The position numbers and the translations under genes were made by a program. The notes beneath the pieces are model-generated. The model had not been told where the DNA came from. It searched no databases and saw only the letters and a program-made list of their open reading frames with translations. From assembly GCF_018977255.1 (NCBI RefSeq), contig NW_024704743.1, forward strand, positions 68,574,001 to 68,638,000: DNA of 64,000 bases. The letters run 5' to 3'. Shown here one piece after another: positions 48,755 through 60,767 of this stretch; within the stretch, counting starts at the first letter, position 1; the number at the start of each line of letters is the position of its first letter. Origin of the DNA: Callorhinchus milii. Its lineage: Eukaryota.

Positions 48755-50240
48755 ACTGGCTCATTTAGTAGCTCTCTCGCCTCTGAAGGTTGTAGGTTCA
48801 AGCTCCACATCAGGACTTTGAATTCATCTTGGCTGACAGTCCAGTGCAATGCTGTGGTGTGTTGTATTGCCATCCTTCGACTGAGACATTAAACCAATGT
48901 CCCATCTGCCTGTTCAGCTTGACATTAATGGTTTCGTGGCAGTTTTCGAAAGGATGAGAGAGCTTCTCCTGGTGTCCTGGCCAACAATAAAATTTGTTGT
49001 ACACTTTGCGGTTGTCTCGTGCGGTGTCCCTCAGGGCTCTGTCCTCGGTCCCCTCCTCTTCACCCTCTATACGCTCCCCCTTTGGTGACATCATCCGCAG
49101 ACATGGGGTTAACTTCCACATGTATGCGGATGACACCCAACTCTACCTTTCCTCCTCTACCCTCAACTCCACGACCACCGATGTCCTGACAGTCTGCCTG
49201 TCCGATATCGAGTCCTGGACGAGAGACAACTTTCTTCAGCTCAATGTGCGTAAAACTGAGGCCCTCCTGATTGGCTTACGTCAGCATCCAAGGCTGCACT
49301 CTCTACCTCTCAAACCAGTCAGGAACCTCGGGGTTCTGTTCGACCCTGAGCTGTCCTTTCTTCCTCATATCCGCACCCCAACTGGCACCGCCTTCCACCA
49401 CCTCTGGAACATCGCCAGACTACGGCACTACCTCACCCCTCACGCTGCTGAAACTCTGGTCCACGCCTTTATCACCTCAAGGCTGGACTATGGGAACTCT
49501 CTCCTCGTCGGCCTTCCCGGCACCTCCCTCCACAAGCTGCAGGTCATTCAGAACTCTGCAGCTCGTGTACTGTCCCGCACCAGGCTTCGGGACCACATCA
49601 CTCCCACCCTCGCTCGCCTCCACTGGCTCCCCATCCCCCAGACGATCGAATTCAAGATCCTCACCCTCCCCTACAAGGCCATTCACGGCCTTGCTCCCTC
49701 CTACCTCTCCGACCTACTATCCCCCTACCTACCTGCCCGTACCCTCCGTTCCTCTGGCTCCGGTCTGCTCCACATCCCCCGCCCCAACCGCCCTACCATC
49801 GGTGGCCGGGCCTTCAGCCTCTCAGCCCCGAGGCTCTGGAACTCTATCCCCCAGTGCCTTCGCCGCCTCCTCCCTTTCCTCCTTCAAGGCCGGTCTCAAG
49901 ACCTTTCTCTTTGACTGTGCCTTCACCTCCCCTCTCGACTCTCTACCCCCTCCTCGCTCCCTCCCTTCCCTCCCCTCACCCTGACCATTTCCCCCCTGCT
50001 TGGGTCCCGACCCAACTGTCCAGCACCTTGGGACGTTCTCCCGATGTTAAATGCGCCCTATAAATGAAATCTTGTTGTTGTTGTTGTAAGTGGGTCATTG
50101 CTGTGTGCAAATTGGCTGCCACATTCGCCTACAAAATATAGTCATTGCATGAAACGGTAAATCTGGTGAAATGCTTTGAAATATCTTGCCAACGTGCTAA
50201 AGTGATTTTTCAAATGGCAAGAGTTATCATGATTATTATT
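48755..50240 (+). mobile_element. Deu-domain SINE split by an L2 insertion (5' part about 48755-48995, 3' part 50088-50240)
   Basis: Head and Deu segment end at GTGTCCTGGCCAACAATAAA; the body resumes GGGTCATTGCTGTGTGCAAATTGGCTGCC right after the L2 tail. Confidence 0.8.
49005..50087 (+). mobile_element. Young 5'-truncated L2 LINE with reverse transcriptase C-terminal half (non-functional)
   Basis: SCGVPQGSVLGPLLFTLY, a frameshift near 49080, then FHMYADDTQLY (RT YADD motif), NFLQLNVRKTE, RLDYGNSLLVGLP and LHWLPI; (TTG)n tail. Confidence 0.97.
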
Positions 50241-51394
50241 GCTGTGTGTAACCTATACCTGTGAGTGTTCAGCCTGATGCAGAATGCCAAATCTGACTAA
50301 GCAGAAATGCCAAAGTGGAGTTTTAGAGGTTATTAGAACCAAAAGAAAAACAGAAATAGCTTTCTCATAAAAGGTATTGTGGAATACATTAAACGACCTG
50401 ATGTCAGTTGATGAATTTATCTTGGTGGCAGATGGCTGGAAGGTTTTATTGTATTTGTGTGTTACTTAAGAAATGATCAGACCATTTTGAAAGCCTTGTT
50501 CCTATTGGGGCATGATCAGTTGGACACACCACAGGAAATTGTTCTAGGGCTGGGATTTACAGCAAGAATTGCAGAAGCAACCGGAAATTAATCATGCGTA
50601 GCACATTTAAAGCTACAGAAACAGCCATGATCCAAAGAATAACATGCTAATATTATGTTGTATCAGTATTGGACGACTGAACTGTTATAAATAAAGCTAA
50701 GGGAGTTGGGGAAAGGCTTGCTGAATTATTGAAACTATCTTCCCATTTAACTATTGGGGTTGAATTTCTGTTGTAATTCTGAAAACAAGTCTGGGTACTT
50801 TAAGGAGAAAACTTGTAATTCTAGATTATTGTTCAATTTGCTGCATTTTTGCTGAAACATACTATATAAAAATATTCAGTCTGCAATGCTGTTTGGAAGC
50901 ATCGTTTTGGTTCCAACCTTTCATCGTTTACGTTCCTGTGGAACTTTTAGATCAAAGATTTTTATTACACACTGCTAGTTAGACTGGTTATACGATTAAA
51001 TTTATTAGGAGTGTCTTTCCATTTGCGTGGTTATTTCTTTTTGTTTACGGTATCAGAGTGCACTGCAAATAGGTTCAGCTGTAACATGATTCTTTTTATT
51101 GCACCAGCTAAACACACAATATATATATTGTCATCTGCCATATTGCCATGTTCTCTTCTGCTGATCAGCTGTTGATTATCTCTTGATAAACTTGCAGTCA
51201 TTTATCGCAATTGTTAATCCTTTAATCCATGTGCTACGCTAACCCCCCCGTCCCCAACCCCATTACCAGCACTGACTGCTTGCATTTACTGTTGACAATC
51301 AAGCCTTGAACTTCACAGTACTCTGTGAGTGTGGTGTGTGATATATAAAAAAAAACTTGCCGTCCTCGAGCCATTAAAAGGCTAAAATATAATT

Positions 51395-51620
51395 TGTGAC
51401 TTTGACCAGGGCAGTCTCAATATTGTGGAGGTGGGCAAAGCTGGATTGGAGGGGTTTATTGTAGGGAGTGCAGGGAATTGAAAGACCAAAGCTGGGAAGC
51501 AATTACTCATTCCAGCACCTTGGAGATAAAAACTGGGTTGGAGATGGGACAGTATTTAGGGAACAGGGATGAATTGAGGGAAAGTTTTTTGAGGAGGCTG
51601 ATGACTGCTGTTTTGAAAGG
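51395..51620 (-). mobile_element. Old L2 internal (RT N-terminal) fragment
   Basis: Reverse complement reads LQSSFAHLHNIETALVK and PISNPVFISKVLE, matching the L2 QSGFR..HSTETAL and RPISNLPFLSKVLE motifs. Confidence 0.8.
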
Positions 51621-51647
51621 TGTCACACATTTAAAATACAACAGGTT

Positions 51648-51830
51648 GTCTGATGGCTCAGCAGGTTTATTCATCGAGCAATTCCTATTGAGAAGGTCAT
51701 TCCTTGATCCCTGTCTGTGTCGAGTTAGCTGATCTCAGGCTGGGTGGTGGTGAGAGCCCTCTCCTGTAACAGCCCCAGTGTGTACAAGGGAAAAACCTAT
51801 TGAGTCTCTCACTTCCAATCACCACCTTGA
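51648..51830 (+). mobile_element. AmnSINE2-like relic
   Basis: CTGATGGCTCAGCAGG...GAAGGTC...TGATCCCTGTCTGTGTCGAGTTAGCTGATCTCAGGCTGGGTGG; resembles the AmnSINE2 consensus as I recall it. Confidence 0.55.
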
Positions 51831-51995
51831 CATTGAGATATCCAAAGAAAAAGAAGCACTAAGAGGTGAATATAATAAAAGTATAAACTTTGTCACTGGG
51901 TCTAGTTAGCCTTCACTTAGAAGTTAGTAATCTGTATTCCTCTGGTCTACTCGTTCAGAATCTCTGCAGCTTTTTCACTCCTGCTATATTTGAAA

Positions 51996-52535
51996 CAACA
52001 ACCACCACCACAAAATTATATTTGTATAGCACATTTCATGTCGGGAGGATGGCCCAAGGTGCTGGACAGTCATTGTTTTGGACCCGAGCTGAAGGTCGGG
52101 ATCAGGGAGAGTGGAGGGCAGGGGGGGAAGGAGTGTGACCGAAAGCGGAGGGTCTTGAGACGGGTCTTGAAGGAGGCAAGGGAGGGGCAAGGTGGAGGGA
52201 ACTGTGGGATGGAATTCCAGAGGGTTGGGGCAGAGTGGCTGAAGGCCCACCCTCCAATGGTGGGGCGTTGAGGCGGGGAATGTGAAGTGGGATGATAGGG
52301 CCGCGGAGCCTGGTACGGGAGAGGACACAGGCTGCAGAGTTCTGGAATGATCTGCAGCCTATGGAGAGAGAAGTTGGGGAGACCGACGAGCAGGGAGTTT
52401 GCGTAGTTGAGCCTGGATGTTATGAATGGTGTACGAGGGTCTTGGCAGCCTGCGGTGTGCAACAGTGGCAGACCCGAGCGATGTTGCGGAGGTGGGGAAA
52501 GGCGGAACGGGTCATGGCACGGATGTGGGTGTGAA
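51996..52535 (-). mobile_element. L2 LINE 3' fragment with deletions
   Basis: FITSRLNYANSLLVGLP and RPTIGGWAFSHSAPTLWNSIPQ..ASFKTRLKT. Confidence 0.92.
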
Positions 52536-54556
52536 AGAGAAATGAAAGAGCACGAATGTGTGTGATGATTGAATTTCAATTAAAATAAAGAACGACCACA
52601 TGAAAGTCAGGTGATCAAACATCTTTATCCAGCTGAAGCTGTTTTGTTTATTTCTTTTCTAGTACGTAATTCATATAATGCATATAAACCATGTTTTTAA
52701 ATAAAATCCTAATTCCTATTATTAGTGCACTCCTACTGAGACTGAATGCTTTGAGCGTGATACTTTGACAGTTCCATTAAAAAGCAGTATAGTACTGTAG
52801 TGTCAAAATAGCATTTACAAATGGGCATAATAGCTGACTGTGATGTATTGAAGCGCAAACTGTTGTGATTCATGGGAAGATTATATAGCAAGGCTGTTTA
52901 TAGTGGCTTACAGAATAATTATGTATTTGTTAATTACTGCGTATGTATCTGTGAACACACTTTATTCAAAGTGCCATCAACAAATTAGTAAAGATAACAT
53001 TTTCTGTTTAAATGTGGTGTTCTGCATGTTGGGACTGATAAGGACAAAACACCTGAAAACACTTCACAGGAACTTTTGTCAACTGTATGTGCACTGTGCA
53101 TTTTGTGGATAAATGCCCGCAGCAATGTCCCAAAACTGTACTGTGGAATAAGTGAGCAATTTATGTGGAGGACTATTGGCTAGGATCCTGGGAGATAAAC
53201 AAATAGAGTGACACAATTTGACTGAATTGTTTGCAAGCTCCAGTGTTTTGGTTTTTTGTTTAATAAAGAACTGAATGGCAACCAGCTCTTCTATGACTAG
53301 CCAGAATGGATGGGAATTCCTTATTGCAGTCCATACTGTATTAAACTGAAACTACTTCCTGTAACAACTTCCTGACTGTTTTTTGAGACATTCCTGCCAA
53401 CTTCACCTATAGTACAACTGTATGTGCACTGTGCACAGTCAGTTCACTTTACAGTAAATCCTGCGAAGTGCTGTGAGACTTCCCTCCCGTGTGATACGCT
53501 CTATATCAAAGGCAAGAATCATTATCATATTATTATAACCTTCCTGATCGGTTTGAAAGTTTTTTTGATCGGTTGCCTTTACAATGAGCAATGTTATAAG
53601 TGATTATAAGTTATAAGGGCAAGGATCCCGACAATTTAAAGAATGACTGACTCTTTCTGAGAAAATGTTTCACTTCATTTAGAAATAAACTGCAGTTGGA
53701 AATAACCTGAAGTTGGAAATAAATGAAGAATTTGACGATGGCATATCTATGGCTGTACTTCTGCTGGAATAATATTTGAGAAAGTTCTGTGCTCTCAATA
53801 TAAAGTGCTTAACGTCAAAATTGGCATTGTTGCCACCAATTTTGCAAACATCTATTTGCGTGTTTGCTACGCTCACACCAGAGAGTTAAGGTTTCTATTG
53901 GGGAAACATTCCAACTGATTTATTCAGAGTATCAAAATTTGGTGAATTCCTAAATAGAGCTTTAATTTTGAAGCTGGTTTTCTCTAAATTCTTTTAAGAA
54001 TTGCAGAAAACCGACTTTGAAATGAAAACTGAATTCAATCATTTTTGCCCATAATTCTGGGTACCCTGATATACTACATAAACGGAGTAAATCTAAACCG
54101 GGTGGAATTACTTCCTGATAATGACATTGCTCAATCTATTTCGGAGAAAATCAATTAAGCACCAGGAATTTCTGTGCTCTTTTTGTTGTAATTGTTGCGT
54201 CAAAGATTCCGCCATGTTGATGTTACATTAGACACTTAATGTGTTGCACTTAAACAACTCCTTGAAATAATGTTCTTTGCAATGCACAATGCACCAATCC
54301 AGCGAATTGGGCTGAATGCCCTTAACAACAAACAATAGATTGATCTCGTGACCTGCACTAGTTGTTTGTTGAACTGGAAATTCCAGTGTCATGACTGATG
54401 AGGCAGATTTTTTTCTCATGCAAAAGATTCCTCATTTGATGTAAAGCATTTTCCACACGCACTTTTATCACACCCCCCAACCCCCCCCCCCTTTGAGTGA
54501 GGGGTTCATTGGTTCATTGACCAGGCCCAAAAAAATTTTAATTAACACGAGCCAAA

Positions 54557-54752
54557 AATTTCTGTGGGCCTGAGTGTAGAATCCTGCTAGAATCTGAGCA
54601 TATTTACCAATGCTATTTCATTCAACATCAGAATGAACAAATCTGAAAGAGGCTATTGGAACTGAACAGGATTTTTCCATGGGCTGCTAAGCACAGCATT
54701 GGTAAATATACAGGGAGTCTAGCAGGAGTCAACACACGAGCCTGCAGAAATT
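54557..54752. mobile_element. Inverted-repeat (MITE-like) element with ~58-bp arms
   Basis: The left arm AATTTCTGTGGGCCTGAGTGTAGAATCCTGCTAGAATCTGAGCATATTTACCAATGCT aligns without gaps to the reverse complement of the right arm, AATTTCTGCAGGCTCGTGTGTTGACTCCTGCTAGACTCCCTGTATATTTACCAATGCT. Confidence 0.7.
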
Positions 54753-56160
54753 AGTAATGCATTACTGGTACGTACACTTAAATTCACTTAGAACTGGCCG
54801 GTGTTAGGGTGTCTGTACACCGACAGGGATGAAAAGAGTGACCAACAGTTGCGTTAGACAGTTGATTACTGAATACAGGTGGTTGCTTTAACAGGTTTGA
54901 CTGTACTTTCCTTGGCCTGCTCATCCCAAATAGGGATGTATTAGATCACCCAACCTTCAGTGCAACATCGAATTGAGGGCATGTATTGTATACTCACATA
55001 TATCAGCCTCTTTATGTTGGGCACATAGCAAACATACACAAATCAACAGCCCCAAGCCTGTCCAGAGCTACATATCCAGTAATGTTTGCTAACCTATTCT
55101 TGGAAAGGTGTTTATGCGTAAGAGTGTAATATTCCTATGTAATTCAGTAGAATTAGGTAGATACTGCAGAGGTTTGTTTAATGAACAAAAATACAATAGA
55201 TTCAAAGGTACAATTTTTCATCAGTGGAGTTACTGTAATTTAGCTGAATGTTATGATATAAGGGTTATAGGAATGCCAGTCATGAGATACCATGTACTTT
55301 AATAGGACAGTGACTCAAACAGCACTTACCTATTTACTTACCAAAGAGGAGTGATATATATCAGCAGGTGAACAAGGTCTTTATTATTGGTTTTTTTTGC
55401 CATGTTTGTGTATTATCATAACCTGCACTTCTTTGTGCAACAAAAGATTTCCATCGTTGCGCAGATGAACTTTTTTTAATAAAAAGATTCCTTTGAAATA
55501 AAACTTCAAATTATTAAGGCCTTTCAGACAGCAGGCACATTGAGTCAGGTATGAGTGCATAAGTGCAATCAATGTGTTTTTTTCCTCATATTGTAGCACT
55601 TTTCAGCTCAGTGATCACAACAGTTAACAACAACTAAAACCAGACACCAATAGCAAATACCATATCAGGACTGATTCATCCCTCACTCATAGTGCTGAGC
55701 AATCCAAAAATACAGTTGAGTCAAAGTAAGGTGAATTTTCCCTAAAATGTGCATTGGTGTGAAACCAGTTTATAAATGCTGATGTGATAACATTTGCCCT
55801 CAATGTTTCAGTACATTTCAAAGGTTCATAAGTATTATTGATCTGAATGAAAAGGTCAATGAAGGAAAAGTTGAGCCATGGTGTCTCAGACTGAAGGCCA
55901 CACAATGAAGCCTTAAATCCTAGGTTTGTTGAAGTGTTAATAAATAAAAACAAAGAGACAAAAACATTGTTTGACCAAGATGAGCCCGCCATCTGGAGGT
56001 TAAATCTTACCATACTGGCATTGGCCTGTGAGTACTGCAGTCAGTTGCCACAAACTACAACACAGCTCATCCAGCAACAACTTGTATTCGTAGTGTGACC
56101 TTCACATAGGGAAATGTCTCAGAGTCCTTACATTCAGTAGAGCATAAACTTGTTTGTCAG

Positions 56161-56354
56161 AATTCTACCATCATCCATTTGGCTGACTGGAGGTGGGCTG
56201 AAAAGAAGGCAAACTGAGGGCAAAATTACTCTTCTGTTCCCATTGTTCACGTAAGCGAAGCTGTGGACTTTTCTGCTGTTTACAAAGCTTGAGTGCAATA
56301 ACTGGAGGGACTGAGGAACCAGAGTTATTGGTTTCCTTTTCCAAAAAAACAAAG
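56161..56354 (+). other. Candidate non-coding exon
   Basis: CTTGTTTGTCAG acceptor and AAG|GTAAGA donor; all three frames contain stops. Confidence 0.15.
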
Positions 56355-57959
56355 GTAAGAATTCTGTGGCACATTCTATGCTAACGACAGCTGCACAAAA
56401 CGTATTCCTTTCTGAACAAATTCCCCTTTAATACTAGTCTGTGATCCTTTGGGCAAAGAAAATACAAATACATGTTTCCCGAATGACTGGGACTATCTGC
56501 AATTGTTTGCACACGCACATTTGCCGAGTTAGAGCTAAACATGTCACTGAGAGGCAGGTTCCCTCTAGAATTTTCCCCTCATCGTTCTTTAATGGTTGCT
56601 TGCAGTGTGATGTTTGCTCACTGAGGTGTTTGCTCTCAAACTGACACGTAGCTTTACTGGAGGGCTTGGAATGTTGATGGGAATAACGAGTTTGCCATTG
56701 ACCAGTATCTGTTTGTACCTCACCATTAATTTTTAAAATGACTGTCTCCATGCAGGTTGAACATTAAGCCTGCTGAAACCTGGCAAAGGATTGTGAGCAG
56801 ATGGAAATTGTGAGCCACTCTAAGTGATGGAGAAATTCACTGTGGGTTTTGGATCATTAGATTGAATGAGATCTCTTTGTTGTCATGTAGGTGTCAATAT
56901 TATGCACAACCTGTATTATCAAAACCATTCTTTAGGAATGGTGTGCTTTATATGTCTAGAGAGAGAAAGGTAAACGCTATCTAGGTAACTTAGGGATTTG
57001 ATTCTTTCCATATGAATGAGACAAATGGAAATATGTTGGAACAATACTGTATTGCAGTGAAAGTCTGTATAGGTGGATTTTAAAAAAAGCTTGTCACTCA
57101 TCAATATCCTACTTGACATTTTGCAAATGCACTGTGTATAATCTAAAGAAGTGTCAACAGTCTGCCAGCGTTTCCTGCTTAAATGGGAGCCTGACCCTAA
57201 TGAATATTTTATCAGCTAGCTTTGAAGTTACTCACTAGTGCTACTGCTTCTTCATTGCTGCTCAGTGGTGCAGTACAACTGTTGGCAGCCTTTCAATGTC
57301 TGTTACATTAATCGTGTGAAGCCTGCACACCCTCCTTATTTTATTTTCAGTGTGATAATTCTGGACAAGAAATTACCAATCTATTCGAGTTTCTATATTC
57401 AGAACAGGATAGCAAAATGATTTTCAATTGCTGTGTGTTTCGATGGATTGAAAGTTAATTTTGACAAGGATAGAAGAAAAGCAGGGAGACCCTGTTAAAT
57501 GATTGAAGTAGTTTTAGATAACTGCAATGAGGTAGAGTGGCCTGTTGATGATTTACACTACTCTAGATCAACTAGTGATACTTTTGAAAAGTAATTGTGG
57601 ATAGAAATCAGTAGTAAAACAAAGTTACCTGAAATATTATAGTTCGACAAGCCCAGAATGTCTCACTTCACCCAACTTTACCGAATTGTCATATGTAAAA
57701 TTCCATGTATACCAATGGCCATTTACCCACCATATTCAATCGTGGTATCCTATTGAAGGAGAAAATACAAACCTTACCCATTCAATCTCTCATACAAGTT
57801 ACATGTAGTTCGAGGCCCCAAATACTTGTTTGGATTTGCTTATCCATGAAGCAGAGATTATTCATGCTTCTTGGTATAGGTGTCACCATTTTGCAGGAAC
57901 ATTTCTGTGGGGTGAAAATTGCAGAATGTGATTTGTGAACTATCATGTGAGATCTTATA

Positions 57960-58665
57960 ATATAATAATGATGATTCATGAATTTGATATAGCATTTTAT
58001 CACATTATAATAATAATCCTTGCATTTGATATAGTGCTTTTCACATCTTCTAAACATCTCAAAGCGCTTCACAGAATATGCTGTAAATTGAATTGACCGT
58101 ATATTTGTGGCCGAAACGCGGGAGCCAATTGCGCACAGCAGTGTCCCACAAACAGTCGTGGATTGAAAATGACCAATTTATTTGTTTTGGAGGGATTATT
58201 ATTAGGTGTGTGGAGTAGGAAACTTGCCCAAGGTTTCGCCCTGCCTGGAATTGAACCCAGGTGTCTCGCTTGCAAGGCAAGTGCTCTAACCACTGAGCTA
58301 CAGGACTCCACAACATTGTCAAGGAGCCTCAAAGCACTTCACTACATTTACTGTAAAGTCTGGTAACTGTGTATTTTTGTATCTGACTGCAACAAACAAT
58401 TTTCTTGCAGCAATATCCCACAACTGCCTTGAAATAAATAACTAATTTTATCTGGAGGAATGTTGGCCTACTTCTCTTTTTGAATATTGCCATGCCTTTA
58501 ATCCCCACCAGGCAGACAGGACCTCAGTTTAACATCTCATCCGAAAGGCAGCCCCAGCATTGCACTGTCAGCCTCGGCTACGGGCTCAAATGCCTGTTAT
58601 AGAGCTTAAACCCACAACCTTCTGACTACAAAGTGAGATATCTCCCAACTGAGCCAAGCTGACAC
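57960..58665 (-). mobile_element. Deu-domain SINE interrupted in its tail by a younger SINE
   Basis: Tail end at 57960-58005; remainder from 58310 (CCTCAAAGCACTTCAC...CAGGCAGACAGGACCTCAGTTTAACATCTCATCCGAAAG...CAACTGAGCCAAGCTGACA). Confidence 0.8.
58006..58309 (-). mobile_element. tRNA-headed SINE, short form with older-type tail loop
   Basis: Full head ...GAATTGAACCCAGG...GAGCTACAGGACTCC to the (AAT)n tail. Confidence 0.92.
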
Positions 58666-60347
58666 TTATTAAGGAGGTGATTTAATAAAATATGGTGTTC
58701 CCCCTACAGAACGCCAAACATTTGTGTATCTAGATAGATCATGTGACAGGGAGCTATGCTCCAACACGTCACAGTAAATGGGGCTCGTAAAATGACCCGA
58801 GAGAGTTGTTCAATCCATCAGTCTCATGATGTCAGTACACAGACCTCGGAGGTGAACGTGTTTGTGTATTAGCCAGTCCTTTCAGTTTTACATTTCTCTC
58901 CATAAATATGCTGTGAGCTTCTGTTAAATTGAGCAGCTGATAGTGTTTGCCACCTGGAAGGGTAGCTTTTTTGCCAAATAAGTAATTGGTTTGAAATGAA
59001 TTGTGATCAGCAATTGTGAAAGACCTGAGCACACGTCATCTAAAAATTCAACAGCAATGTTTTACCTGACTCTCCCCACACCTGATTTAAGAAGAATTGC
59101 AGGTCAAAGTGCAGCATAAACTCAGGCTGTCCGAAATGTTATTAATTTATTTCACCAGAGTTCCTGGTTTCACTTGTAAATGCTCTCTGTTGATATCTCT
59201 GTACAGAGTCTCCAAGCATTCCTGTGCTCCCAGCAATGAGCAGAGTCAAATGGAAGAGACTTCTTTCCACATAGTATTGCTAACTGCACGGTTATCCTAA
59301 TTTTCAAAGAAAACTTGACTTCACTCGCTGTGCTCATTATGATAATGTCTGCCCAGAACAACAAGCTTTATTGTCGTCCCAAAGCCATCTAGCAATATTG
59401 AACAAACACTGAAAGTCTGCCAAAGAATGCTTTGAAATTGCATGCTGGTTCCATGTAACAGAATGAAAAAAAACTAACTTAAAATCCAAAACAAATATTT
59501 TGATACGTTCACTTCAGTCCAAAATAATGTGTCAGAATTTGATTTTAAATCTTGACGGTCAAAATCTTTATATTTTAAAGTAATCATCAGTTATTAAATT
59601 CAGAGGTGTAGAATTTAATGGGCTGGTAAACTACACTGGTTCATTGCAAATTTTTTACTGAATTGGCACAAACTGCAGTTTAAGGACAACAATTCAGCAG
59701 GACTTCTCCTGAGAAGGTATTATGGCAATGAAGGAAAAGTTACAGAGCATTGCACATGAGTTATAGCACGGACATCACTTTGCAATGGAAGTGGCAACAA
59801 CAGCACTTGTTTTGGTAGGTGCAGCACACCGGACACATCAACCTGACGGCCCAGTCATTAGCCGTATTTTAGTGATTTGGTTATTACGTGGCCCCTGAAA
59901 TCTGGAACCCAGAGGACCACATTATAACCCACTGTGTCTGGTTTAACAGGAGAGCATGAGTTTAAGCCAATGTGTCACCTAACTTCAACTAACAAATAAC
60001 AAATTTTAAAGTATTGGGATCCAGCAACATCTTTCATACCTGCCTTTATATCTACGGTACATATTGTTAGCCTGATGTATTCAATTGGTGGATCAAAACA
60101 GAGGTTGAGTTTTAATGTGACATCTTGGACTTTTTAAGCATTTCCTGCACCAAGGGCTACTATTTTTATAAATCTTTATTTTTGAATATTCAGTTAAGAG
60201 TCTGTACTTTGTCCTCAAAAGGCTTAAGAACTCCACAGGCTTGAGATTGTCATATTATTGAAAATGTTATAGAATGCAAGGTCACGGCTAAAGATCAGAT
60301 ACATTTATTTTGCATGTCAAAACATTCTTTTACATGAATTCTTCCAG

Positions 60348-60767
60348 ACCTCTTTCAAGGCTTTTCTTTTGAGCAAAGCAAGTTGCAGGATGGTTAAAGC
60401 GTCAGCAGATGATGGCATTGACTATCCTCCTTGGGGGGAGGTAAGCGGAATCTCCTTGGAAGGTAGCATGCTTGGTCAAGGAATGTCAGAATCGAGTCAA
60501 CCCTTTTCAGTGATCTCAGTAGACCGGATCCTGAGCCTGGTGGGTCCGCAGTATTTCAGGACACTGCTGATGACAGCACAGCTAGCCTGGCTCATCGACA
60601 GGACCTGGAAGGAAAGACCAGTCACTGGGGGCAGAGACTCTTCCCACTTAGCTGCTGTTAACGCTGCATGCCAAAGCCCTAATGGGTTGGGTGGTCTGAG
60701 TTGGTTAAGCAGTGGGAAGCTTACATTTACAAAAGCTCTAATTGAATTAAATTTGTGGAATAATTAG
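60348..60767 (+). CDS. Candidate coding exon/ORF of unknown product (ATG at 60390; possible internal donor after 60440)
   Basis: Acceptor TTCTTTTTACATGAATTCTTCCAG and a stop-free frame to 60767 in non-repeat DNA, with G/C-ending codons in the VISVDRILSLVGPQYFRTLLMTAQLAWLIDRTWK segment. GAG|GTAAGC after 60440. No family recognised. Confidence 0.3.
   Translation, partial: TSFKAFLLSKASCRMVKASADDGIDYPPWGEVSGISLEGSMLGQGMSESSQPFSVISVDRILSLVGPQYFRTLLMTAQLAWLIDRTWKERPVTGGRDSSHLAAVNAACQSPNGLGGLSWLSSGKLTFTKALIELNLWNN

Noticed and set aside
48994..49914. 306-aa ORF as a functional reverse transcriptase gene or retron-like system
   Set aside because: It is a 5'-truncated, frameshifted L2 ORF2 lacking the N-terminal RT motifs and the endonuclease.
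55324..55342. Two tandem minus-strand GGTAAGT donor motifs
   Set aside because: No convincing acceptor or frame upstream; this shows that strong donors occur by chance here.
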